This document shows, piece by piece, positions 52,691-64,000 of a DNA stretch of 64,000 nt; position 1 is the first letter of the stretch; each line of letters begins with the position of its first letter. This DNA is from Fimbriosthenelais zetlandica. Taxonomy: Eukaryota. Under the pieces are notes generated by a model. The model saw nothing but the letters and a program-made list of their open reading frames with translations, had not been told where the DNA came from and did no database searches. Location of the stretch: contig OZ365112.1 of NCBI GenBank assembly GCA_977030845.1, positions 22,072,001-22,136,000 of the forward strand, given 5' to 3'. Made by a program: the position numbers and the translations under genes.

Positions 52691-54501
52691 AATTGATGCA
52701 TGGTATAGTAGTTGTTTTTTCATATTCTCTAGACGATATAAATTTGGGGATGTATTGTGCTCAAATTATTGACAAGCAAGCAGAATTGTGAGAATGAATT
52801 AGATTTCTCTCAGCTGTGTCCTTCCTAACAAACTCTGGCAGTCTGAGACATTTGAATAATGCCTACTCATGTCGACAAATTATTTAACCATGTCTTTAAA
52901 TCCGCTGAGTTCCACAATCCAAAATGAAAGGAAACTGAGATTGTTTTGCTCACCTAGTTTTGCACTCTGACAATAATGATGATTTGCGACAGAAAGTAAC
53001 AGGGAAATGAGCATTCATTCAGGTAGTGTCGAGAAGCAATAATTGCCTCAACAAGACAATTCACGAAACGCAACACTGTTGTCTCTCCTTTTTCCACACA
53101 TTTAGTGAAAAGGAATTCCATTCACACCGATTTGGATTAATTTTGATCGAATTACCAAGTCCGCCACGATATGCAGAGCACATGCATCTGAATATTCTTG
53201 AGCAGAATCCTGATCAGAAACATATGGAACCTTAAATTGAAACATAATTATTTTATATGGGATAAAAGTCCACTGCACTTCTTTGGAATTGTCATGTGCA
53301 TTGTTGGCCAGTTGCTAATGTTGGTATTATTGGCATAACTGCACATAATTTAAATATGTTCTTGTCCCTCGTGGGTTTTGACATGATAAGCCCCATCGCC
53401 AATTTTTGGGCTGATCGAAAGCGAAATAGCTCATCCAAAATCGAAATGTAGTTGATGTCTTTCTTAGGAGTTAAACCGTCTTATCTGCTCTTTGCAAAGT
53501 CATCGCAGTTGTTGATTTCTCACATCTAATGAAACATTCTCATAAGAACTCCTTTTTATTGCATTTCGAGTGAGATGTGAAAGTGTGGAGGAGCAAGTTT
53601 TTGTTTTACAAAATATTGCTTTACTAAAGAAAACTTCTGTAATGGATGAACCAGCTATGCTACTTCTGGTCACAAAATGAATTTGAGGAGATTTTGTTCA
53701 AGTCAGACATTCAATCTCCATTAAACCGCCAGTTCAATTCTCTTCAGTTCTATCTTAATAGGACTAACCTTTTTCTTAGATGGGCTCTTCCTACCAATGT
53801 CAAGTCATACTATATGATAATACCTTGCCTGAGGGTCCGAATATTTCACATCTTACATCTGAATTATGGAATTCAGGGAAAGCAGTATAAATGCTTCCCT
53901 TCGTGGTCAGGAATTAAGTCTGTTATATTAAGAGTTAGTTTGCCCCCTATATGGCCATTGTTAGTGCTACTATACGCTGGTCTGCCCCTCGATCTCTCAT
54001 TGATTTTGTATCTTGAATGGCCAACAAGGTCAACTCTGAAGGTTGTGCCATGCCAGGACAGTCTAGGAAAAGACTTAGTAAAATTGATTTAAGTCCTGAT
54101 CTTTTAATGTAAGTCAGTATCAATTTAGTCATCTCGACTGAGTACAAACGGTTAACAAGATATTTCCATTGCCTTCCAATGGGTTTTTGCCACTCTTTTT
54201 GCCTTTCTTCAGCGCTAATGTTGGCCATTGCTTTTGTCCTGAGGAACCTCAATTACCTTGTGTCTATGCAGGAATACATATATAGATCTTATACCATTAA
54301 CAATCGTCAGCATGTCGTCCTACAATGCAAGACTATTGATATTGTTTTCTCTTCTTTTCTTTTTTCACCTTTTTTTCTTCCTTTTTATACCTGGGCCTTA
54401 TTTGATGATTATATTATCTACGCCAGTAGTGCAGCTTGCTGGGGAATTGATTTAACTTGAACCATGCCATTGACAGCTGTTCCACATACTTGGATAGCTT
54501 A

Positions 54502-54683
54502 AGCCCGACATCCACCAGCCCGATTTTCATCCCGATTTTGCGATCTTAAGCGATCACAGGCGATCGGGACCCCCAAAAAAGATCCGTTCCGATGATCGGG
54601 CTGGTGGATGCCAAAATTTTGGGATCGGCTTTGTTGATCACAAAAATCGGTGCCCTCAAAGATCGTACAATGGATGTCGGGCT
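54502..54683. mobile_element. PIF/Harbinger (Tourist-like) MITE, 182 bp
   Basis: Perfect 13-bp TIRs AGCCCGACATCCA / TGGATGTCGGGCT are flanked by TTA on both sides (3-bp TSD). An internal inverted pair TCCACCAGCCCGAT / ATCGGGCTGGTGGA is also present. Confidence 0.8.
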
Positions 54684-55016
54684 TTAAGGCATTATTCAGA
54701 ACAAAAGCTAACAATACTGTTCACCTTAAAATGTTCTTTCAAAACGATTTAAAATTTCTAAAAGGCATGAGTGGGAAATGGTTAATTAGGCCTATTGGAT
54801 GTGCATTATGTTTTCTTCTGTTTCCGTGTGACCTATTTGTGTTCTTTGTTCCTTGACTAATTTGCTTTTTTCCTTCTACCCTAATAACAAATTGCATTTG
54901 GGGGATAACTTTTATTCATTTTTCTTTTTAATACTTTTTCCTTTTTTTGAAATATTGTTTGTCTTTTGATTATTATGGGAGGAAAAGACGAGTTAGATTA
55001 GAAGAAGGTTGCTTAC

Positions 55017-55462
55017 CTTTTTCTTTATTTTATTTTGAGATCTGACCTCTGATTCTATTCGCTCTCCGGGCATGGCGGATGACCATAGACGGTGTATGAT
55101 GAGGGAGTAAGTGCAGGTCATGATGACAATAGGTAGAAAGTAAAGCACAACAGATATGAAGGTGTAGTAGATCTTCCTTGACGGTACACTCACTAATGTA
55201 GCATTGGTCACTGGGTCTGTGGTGTACTGAACTGGCCAGGTGTCTTCACACCAAATTTCCACATGATCAAGCCAAGGCCTTACATACTGTTCTCTATAGA
55301 GGAGCATCGGGGAGGATATGCCGATGGCCACAATCCAGATTAGCAGCAAATAGACTGTTGCCCGCCTCTCCGTCATGTGTGCTTTCATGGCAAAGACTAT
55401 GCCAAAGAAACGGTCACACGAGATAGCTGTGAGTGTGAGAATACTGGATACCAGAGAGAGCA
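55017..55462 (-). CDS. GPCR-B exon 2 (446 nt): TM3 DRF to ICL3; exon 1 not in window
   Basis: TATCATTTCAG|TG (phase 1), then VLSLVSSILTLTAISCDRFFGIVFAMKAH...EIWCEDTWP...KIKKK|GTAAGC. It is gap-free alignable to GPCR-A exon 2 (about 94/149 identical by manual count). No TM1/TM2 ORF was found in 55.5-64 kb. Confidence 0.96.
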
Positions 55463-58400
55463 CTGAAATGATAAAATGAGAGATGTAAATGATAGCAAAA
55501 CAAAGTAAAAGTTAAATACACTCAGCTTAAACCCTACCTGTTGACTATATGAGATGCACATATATAGATATGCATGTTTAAACATACGTCATCATATTAT
55601 GCCATTTTTGAAAGATGACTTTTCAGTGTCAGAGGAGAATCCCTGTGGAGGTAGATCTGCCAGAGATGATGGATACTAAGACATGGAAATGACATTACAG
55701 GCTCAAAATATACTCCAGGCAATAAACCTATTACACTTCCATTACACGATATCCCTGTAATCTAATGAAGCCCTTTGGCAATATTATCCCTAGCTATCTT
55801 CCGAAGTGTAAGAGGAGTTGTTCAAATGAAATGGTGTGAAAAAATTGCCATAAATAGTATCAATAATCTCTGGTGCTGACTTCCTTCCCTATTAGTTCAG
55901 AAATTCTGTAAATTAGTTTTGATATCTGAGGTCGTGAACGCCAAACATAAACAGTATTGCCTGTCTCTAGAGGCCTTGAATGATTCATCGGATGTGCCTT
56001 CTTATAAGTCCTTTGACAATGACATGCCACTACAGTAGACGTATAATTATAGTAACCAACATCACACCTTTTTTTAATTATTTGTCTTTATTTGTTAACC
56101 TCAATTTTAGCTACATACGAATTATATTGACTTATTTCCAGTTGGCTTTCGAGCGTTCCAAAAACAACAATTTTTCTAGGGTTTAAAGGCCAAAACACAG
56201 CCGTGTAAGTGCGGTATAATACAAGCCAGTGTGTGAGAGTCCCTTGTTGTCAATGCAACAATTTATACTGCTAAAATAATGTTTTATTTGACGACGAACC
56301 TGCATTCAACGACAATATTGAATGACGAGCCGCCTGTACAATGGGCCCCCTAGTCGGTGACAAAGGCCAACGACAGTCCGGTCATCCTCGCCGACGCCGT
56401 GGGCTCGTAACATGTCGTCGCCGATGATTTTCTCCAAAACTTGTGCAATGGGGGTACGTCTTATATAGTTGCACAACAATGCTTTAGCCTATGGTTGTAC
56501 AGGGGGGTCTGTGCTTAAATTGTCAATGATTGTGTTCAATCTACATGTATTTGCAACAAGCATACAAGAAATACGTGATTTACCCTTTCACTGCCGTTAG
56601 TTGATAATGTCATAAAGGTCAAAAGGCTAACTCTCTAATGGCACAGAACATTCATAGAAGCGTCTTCTACTTTTTATAAAGATCGTTTGCAAATTAAATT
56701 CTTCTCGCATCAGTACTTTCCTATACTGCTGTGCTAGGAATAATGATTTCATAGCAGAACGAGGGAGCTACTCGAGGGAATGAATTATTTTCTTGCATGG
56801 GGATTAACCAAGCCCCCAGGAAGTTGTGCTTTAAAATAACTGGGTGGAAACAAACATTCACATGCCTCTTGCACTTTTTATATATCACCATTCAGCAGAT
56901 TGAAAATTTAATGGTGTGTCACCATGGTAACAGGAAGTACAAGCACACATATGGAAACTTTAGTAAATCATGAAAGGCCAGACGCCTCTCCTTACGCTAC
57001 ACTTCTTTATTCTTTTCTTGATTTGTTTTCGCTCCCACTCACTTTTCTCTTCCAAACTTCCTCATTTTTTAAACTTTCTTCCTATAAGTCTGTTCCTAAA
57101 CTTCTTTCCCCCTCTTCTATCCACTTCACATTCCCTCTCTATTCCCTCTTTGCTATTTCATCTCACCTATTTACACATTACTGTTCTATCTTCAGCCACT
57201 GCCTTTGATTAACACTTGACTCAGTACGCTCACTCAATAAGAGCTTCCTCAAAGCACCCTGCAATATTTACCTCCTGCGATGTCTACAAAACATTGAAGG
57301 TTGAACAAAAAAAAGATTGCATTTAAGGATGCAACTATAATACTATTTCCTCCTTTTACAGCTATCATTCCTATTTAAATGTGATCAAGCAAATAATACT
57401 TCGCACGGATAAACCCATTTTTTGCTCTGGGGAATTGACAACTAGGAATGATCTGCAGTGGGTGTGTGACTTCGCATGGCTTGGGGACCGTCTCAATGTC
57501 AGTGAATGACGCCGTTAGGTATTGACATAGAAACTGAGAGCCCATCTTCAACCTGCACAACAACATATTGGCGATGCTGATCACAGCACCTCGCTTTAGC
57601 AAATGACAAATCAACCCTGTTTTCATATTATATTAACCCCCTATTCTAGGGTGGCCCTGTGTAATATTGAAGGGAAATTTGATATTCACAAATCAACCCT
57701 GTATTAGGTATGGTGTGAAATAGACCGTGCCTCTTCTTCGGAGTATGCTATTTCAATAGGCGTCTTAATTGAAAGGGTTGTAATGACCTTTTCCTCATGC
57801 CTTATTGTCCTTTGAGGAACAGACCTAAAGGTTCTTTTTGTTTCTTGGTTCTGCAGGTTTTTCACAAGAGCTTTATTCAAAACACCTTTTCCAAATGCTA
57901 GACATTTTCTCATGGAGTTGGTCCTATACGTGGTTCAGTCACTCTCTCAAAATTCTTTCAAACCTACTTTCCTCATGTCCGCCGTTCTCCTTTTCCCCAA
58001 TGGCCTCTCCCTCGATATACAAAGAAAACCAGATTGCTGGAAAACACATAGCAGTATTTCCTCTACCACAAAACATTCCTATACATATTAGCAAGAAAAC
58101 ATAGTCCCCACAGGACCAGTTTTCCCCGCGAATGCATTTAATGGAAGGCGACCCAGTGTGGTGCGGTCTCTTTATGGTTGATAGAAGCAATGAGAATCTT
58201 TGAGCATCCGCCCTGCTGAATGGGGCAGTGACGAAAGAGCTGGAAGTGGGGAAAAGGGGACCGGGAAATGGAGGAGGAAGGTAGGACCAAAAAAACCTCA
58301 GGTACTGCCGGACCTTTCATTAGGAGCAGGACCCTGCACGAAGCTTTTAGTTCCATGTGATACTCTGATACTAGCTATTGAGTCTGATAATAATGTTTTT

Positions 58401-61400
58401 CTCCGATTTCATTCACAGTATTGAGATCTAATGAATGGGACTGAATGTCAGGTTGAAGGTTGACCCCAAGGCTGATGGAGTAATTTTATATGTTACAGGT
58501 CTTCAAGACGGGGGGACACATTCTCAGTCAACATTAACGGTTGGATAGGTCGAGTCTGAAAGGTCCCTTCTCTCGGTGTATCAACTCAAGGGAGTTTTAA
58601 ATTCTTAAGTTATATTTAAGTCTGGTGAGCGCCCTACTGAGTTGAGCTGGTAAAAATATCTTATCTTCCTGTTCAGAAGACACGCTTGGTCACACCTGAT
58701 CTTCTTTGTTGTCTTGGGTGGCTGTCTGTCTGACCTGTCATATCACCAGTCACACTGAGCAGCTCTGCAGTACGCGAGCCGCTCCCTATCTCAACTGCAG
58801 GACGGCAGATCTCTCCTAACCTCTTCTCCGTTGTTTACCAAATTTGTCTCGAATTTGTTTTATTGGGCGTATTAAATGAGCAGTCAGAGAAGGCAACGGT
58901 CATCGCCCCCTTGTAGTAGATATCTCATCAGCACAGATCCCAGTGAACGAGGTCATTCTTTTCTGGGGATTTGATTCCCACTGAAATGCTATTAGCTCAG
59001 CTTTATTCAGCTAAATCTTGGTCAAAAGGAACTAATTAGTCAGCACTGACAGGATACGACATACGCTCTTAATGAGTCGGCGTTCGTGCGCCAAGGATTT
59101 CATTTCCTGGCAAGGACACGAAATTAAAAATCCCTAATCTCTGTTCTTGGCCCACACACCTGCTGTGCCTGTCCCCGTCTGTGCTTTATGCTTCCAGTGA
59201 CTGCTATATTTGACACAGATATTTATTATAATTTATAGAAGTTTATGACCATAATATTTGGGCAAGCGCTGCAATACTAAACCTTTATACACTATCCACG
59301 TATAATTTGTATTGTCATATTGTACAAATACAAAGTGTACTGTACATGTGGGCAGCTCGCTAGTCCAAATGCTTCAGTCAATATATGCCATTCAAGGACA
59401 GTTTGCTTTGGTCATTTTCGCTGGAATGACTTCAGCAATAGAGAGGCAAAGTCAATGGACACAAGTGATGTTGTCCTGGCTGAAACGTCAGTCCCTGCTT
59501 GGGGTGTGTTTCATGAGAACCCATAGATCTCTAGCTAAACATCTTAAATATTACGAAACCAAGCAATGACAATAAAGTAAGATATTCATCACGAATATCT
59601 TTTTTACAGAGAACAGGAATCTGGGGCCACTATGACTAATGTAGCTCACCAAACAATGTGGCTAGCGTACTGGGTCTTAGACCGACTAATCGGTCTTGTG
59701 CGAATGAACAAAAACTCTAGCCATAAAATTGTCTATTATATCCGAGCAGCACTTGATGGTGAGTGGCCAAGTGGCCATTTATTTGACCTAGGGACAGTAG
59801 AAAAATGTACTTTATGGGGTATTGCGTTGGTTCATGGAATGAGTGTAGGCGAGGTAATGTGGATAAGAGAATACTTATAACAATATTGGCAGTCGTTGAT
59901 CAGGGGTATTATTCTGACTCAGTGGAGGATGGTGAGCGATCTCATGGAGAATCAGCCAGACATTGAAGCCGCCATAATGTATTTAGCATTCTAAATTTGC
60001 ATCGCTGGAAATGTCTAAAGAGTTTGTTTATGCAGAATCCTCTAACGTACAATCAGACCCCATCAGAATAATATGTGGCCCTCATCTGGGAGCGAGTCGG
60101 CGTCAACAAACTATTAAAGCTTTGGACTTGCAAGTACTAAATGTTAGCAGTATATAAGTAAGGTCTGGCAGTCCCTCCAGTTTGACAATACGTCCAATGT
60201 ATCGGCGGCCACTAAAACATTTCCAACCGGAAAGTTGCAGACAGTGACTTTGTCCATACCTTCCTGAGTTGTCTGACTAAAATGAAGTATACCATGTGTG
60301 GCCTTTGAGTTTTTGTGATGAATATGGCCACTAAAATGGCTGGCCTTTGCTGTTTGTATATCTCTTACCGGAAGGACGTGGACATGTCGCCTAGTTAGAG
60401 CATTTTAATGGTGGTTTATTCATGGAACTGGTCGTTACACTTCTCCCAAGTTAAGTTACCCATGCTCAAGTTAAGACTTTGGGAGATCTGTGAACAGCTG
60501 GAAATGAAAAATAGTTCCATGAAATTGACAAGTAGATGATTCTTTTAAACCCAATGGGTGGTGGTAATTATGAGATTAATTTCGCCCATCTCCTTCCGGT
60601 GTTTTTCCAGGGCCGTTTACGGTGTTGGTGAATATTAAACGCCCGTGTGCTCTCCACCGTTAATTTAAAGTAATTAATTAAGAATGTTTTGACTTTCATC
60701 AGCTTTGCCTCTCATCTATCTATAATTTTCTCATATATATATGAGTAATTGTCACGGAATTGGCATTTTTGCTTCATTTAATTCCAATCCGAAGCTGGAC
60801 CCACTAGCTCATTAGATAGTTATAATGCAAACAATATTAGGTAGGTTTTCCCGTGCCTGTAAGGTTTCGTCAAGATTATCTAGCATGCAAGGCATAATTA
60901 TTAAAGCCCTTAAAATGAGACTTAAGGCAATAATCAACCGAATTATGCAAATTTAGAGTGCAAGTTGGTCATTTAATTTAGAAATCTGCAGATTGGTAAG
61001 CAGGTTTAAGAGATGCACCTAGATATTAGTTACATTTCAGACAAGACGACTAGAGATAACGTTAAATCAGGATTTTTCGTAATCAAGTAACAGATTGCCA
61101 GTTTTTGTCGGAGTGTCAGATACTTCATCGCTGAAAATTAAGGTCAAATGCTTATTTCTGCATTATTAATTTAGTTAATTTAAATGGCGTGCCTCCTTTT
61201 ATTTGTCAGTATGGTGCCACTTGTCAGTTTTTTTTATCATGAAAATCCTCTAAGTAAGTTCTCTCACTGAACTTCACTAAACCAATCTGACTCTTCCACA
61301 AATAATTCCTGTCGGACTTTGTTACCAAAAAGCTTGTTATGGAAACAAGTGTTTTCAAATTATTTGTCTGTGGCCATCTCCAACTCTAATTATTATGTGG

Positions 61401-62589
61401 AGAATGGGACTTAAATGGTACTGCTGAAATGGGGAGATAGTCACCAGAGCAAATGGATCAACTCTATTTGTAATTACTTTGACCTTTTCTTCTGTCGCCT
61501 AACTGAAAAGAGAATGACAGGAGAAAAATTGGGATTCCAATGTCATTCTGGGTCTCGAGTGTGGCAACGACATTCTAAAGTTGAAATCCGGATGTAACAC
61601 AATGATCCCTGAATGAATGGCTCTCATCAATTTTTCACCAACAGTTGTTTTCTGGGTCTTGCTCTTTAAATTGGAACCGTATTGGAGTGGATGATTCGCC
61701 CAAGCATAATGGTATTTAGTGAGTAAGTGCTAAGACTCTATTGTGATACAGTATTAAACTCATGAAAAATTTGGAAATATCAGATAATATTGGAATCGGA
61801 TACTGTTTAGCGTGTATGTAAGAGATGCGGCATGCTAAGCACCAGCTGTCTTCGAATATTTTTTCTTCAAAGAGCTGCAAAAGAATGTCCATATGTCAGC
61901 ATTGAAGTGTTGGAAGTGAAAGAAGGAGCAAAAATGAGAGCCAGTGGGCGGGGGTAATGATAGAGGGTCATGCTGCATATATATATATATACTATATGTG
62001 AAATATATCATTGAAGTAGATCGGCTCTCAACCGCTCTAAAATGCCTGTTCTACAGGCGACTCTTATTGCATTATCTCCTAAACTGCTGCAACCCAATAT
62101 GTGCATTCTCTGGTGGAGAAATGAAAGGGCATGTATCAGATAGCGTACCATCAGAGGATCCACATTTTGTCTTGTTCCGAGCAAAGTTTGATTTCTTTTA
62201 GAGAAATTGCTTGCAAATATTGCCCTCTATCATGCTGCCTATATATAGAGCTAAATAATATAACGCTTCTCAGGTTAAGGACAATGTTTACTGATACATT
62301 TACAGTCTGTGCCAATGTCCTTTTATGGTTGATAAACATCTTGAAGTAAGATACATATTATTTTAGGCATATCAAGAACTATGGAGTTATAAAAACAACA
62401 CCATTCTTATTTATACTTTAGGGATACGGTAGTGCATTATGCAGTCTTGTTCACTGTTATATTACTGGAAATCAAGAACACGAAGCTGTGCATGCTAAAC
62501 GCCCCCATTGTTCTTCACATTTAATTACAGCTACAAATGTTGTTAGATGTGATTTAATGTCGCTTTCAGCATTTTTTCAGTTATATCAT

Positions 62590-62716
62590 GACGGTGCCTA
62601 CCTGCGACAGTGAGCAGTGCTGCCTCAGTCTTTGGTTTGACCCGGCTGCGGTTCGAACCCGTGAGCTGGCAACCTTCCACACATGGGACACGCTCTCACC
62701 ACTACTAATGCCACCC
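62590..62716 (-). mobile_element. tRNA-derived SINE 5' fragment
   Basis: The minus strand has an A-box-like TAGTAGTGGTGAGAGCG, a B-box GGGTTCGAACC, then GGGTCAAACCAAAGACT, the same block as the SINE at 3463. It has no tRNA acceptor stem, so it is not called a tRNA gene. Confidence 0.65.
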
Positions 62717-64000
62717 TGGTGGTCCCACTTCACATTATGGTGATTGGTGTCTGAGGCCCTTTAATCACTGATAGTAAATGACATTTAATTTTCCGAAAAA
62801 GTCCAGAATTCCTATCATAGGCTGCACTGTCTGACAAAGCTTAACAATTAGGGACATGGAAATCAAGTTTACAAATAATTATATGAGGAATAGAAAACAG
62901 TACTTTCGGTGTTTCAGCCTCGGGATCAAGTTGGCTGGATCTGTATTTCACTTGCCGATTTCATTTACAACCTCATGATTATATTTCTCTTCCTTTCCTT
63001 GAGAAACATGAACATTGTCAGGAACTTGACTAGCAATATGAATCTTATACCGGATGTAGCACTATCATGAAAGCCTGCTGAGATAGCAGTTTTTCCAAAG
63101 TGTATTTATAAATGAATGTTTTCCTGTCCATTTAAGTGTTTTACAGTGTTTGGTTATGATGACTTTTAGGGACAAACCGGCAGGAATAAAACATTAGCAG
63201 TACTTAACTAGTACTAGAACAACAGAAATATCACTTCCTGTTAATGGAATGAGAGACACTAATGCTGCCTCACAATGCTGTACACTTAAGCACAGATCAA
63301 CGTCCAGAGAATGTCTAAAACCGGAACTTCCATTTCAGAAATAACAGGTAATGATCTCTATACAATGCCACTGCACAGGATGTTCCCATAGGGGAACGAA
63401 AAGAAATCTACTTTTCCGAACCCCATTAAAGGGCCTCATTGTGGCTAAACATGCAAGCATTGTCTCATCACATGAATTAATGTGCGGGTTTACCCTCAAA
63501 AGAGAACAGCACCTTTGACATCATCTCCACACCATTTAAGTTGGACAGTTGGACTTGAAAGCCTATAATTTTTCATGGAGCAATTGAGATTTATTCTGAT
63601 CCTAAATACACGTAGAAAATCTGTTTTCATTTTCTGTGATTTGTCCAAAACAACCCAAAACATAATGAAGTATTACCATAGACATAGCATGGAAACAAAG
63701 CTTGTTTTACTATTATATGACGATTAAGTGACCTGCATTGTTTTAGGTTTTTCAGTAAGGTAACATTGTAGAACTTTTTACTCATCGAATAGTTTTCTTT
63801 CGTGAGACTGGAACAAGTGTTTAGGCAAATATCATGCTCAGAATTACAGGACACAGTCTGTTTTTAAATGTTACAATTCTATTATTCATACATTCAAGCT
63901 GTAAATGGTTATTGCACGTGGCATCTTTCCCATACCCGAACCACATCAAGCTTGATAAACTTGATGAATTATAAACTCGTATTCACTGGGTTGGAAAAGG

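Noticed and set aside
53646-54460. 148-aa and neighbouring ORFs
   Set aside because: There are no domain motifs, and the sequence is intronic and AT-rich.
56330-56510. GC-rich patch with a short CCTGTACAA / TTGTACAGG inverted pair
   Set aside because: The inverted match is only 9 bp with no clear TSD, which is insufficient to call a MITE.
57375-58424. Several overlapping 70-90-aa ORFs, possibly a transposase remnant
   Set aside because: No catalytic motif could be identified.
62640-62716. B-box GGTTCGAACC suggesting a tRNA gene
   Set aside because: It has no cloverleaf or acceptor stem and runs into the SINE body, so it is treated as a SINE.
55463-64000. Search for GPCR-B exon 1 (TM1-TM2)
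   Set aside because: No GN..V / NLAxxD / WxxGxxxC ORF was found by eye or in the ORF track, so it is inferred to lie beyond the window.

Overview
This is eukaryotic, AT-rich, intron-rich invertebrate genomic DNA; the repeat content suggests a lophotrochozoan or other marine invertebrate (inference). It has no prokaryotic features (no operons, rRNA, tRNA or CRISPR), and most ORF-track entries are spurious or decayed retroelement fragments. Manual splice-site reconstruction gives four host genes. (1) GPCR-A is a complete 5-exon, + strand, 404-aa rhodopsin-class peptide receptor (14008-42743) with a 26-kb first intron and a GC-AG fourth intron. (2) GPCR-B is its convergent (tail-to-tail) paralog on the - strand (exons 2-5 at 55462-46413; exon 1 lies beyond the right edge). 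It has identical internal exon sizes (446/105/109 nt) but different TM7 pocket residues. (3) A 6-exon antisense gene nested in GPCR-A intron 1 (27702-25973, - strand) encodes a 217-aa type I membrane protein. It has a signal peptide, a follistatin-N-like and a lustrin/WR1-like Cys module, a TM helix, CCCC and a CxC-rich cytoplasmic tail, and it includes a 14-nt micro-exon. The ORF track shows only fragments of it. (4) A probable signal-peptide first coding exon of a secreted or membrane protein gene leaves the left edge (- strand). Repeats include two tRNA-derived SINE copies, a PIF/Harbinger-like MITE, a foldback-like element rich in RFX X-box motifs inside GPCR-B intron 2, a 23-bp minisatellite abutting a splice acceptor, and decayed DIRS-, BEL/Pao-, copia- and LINE-like relics. 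All coordinates and translations were derived by eye; no database searches were run.
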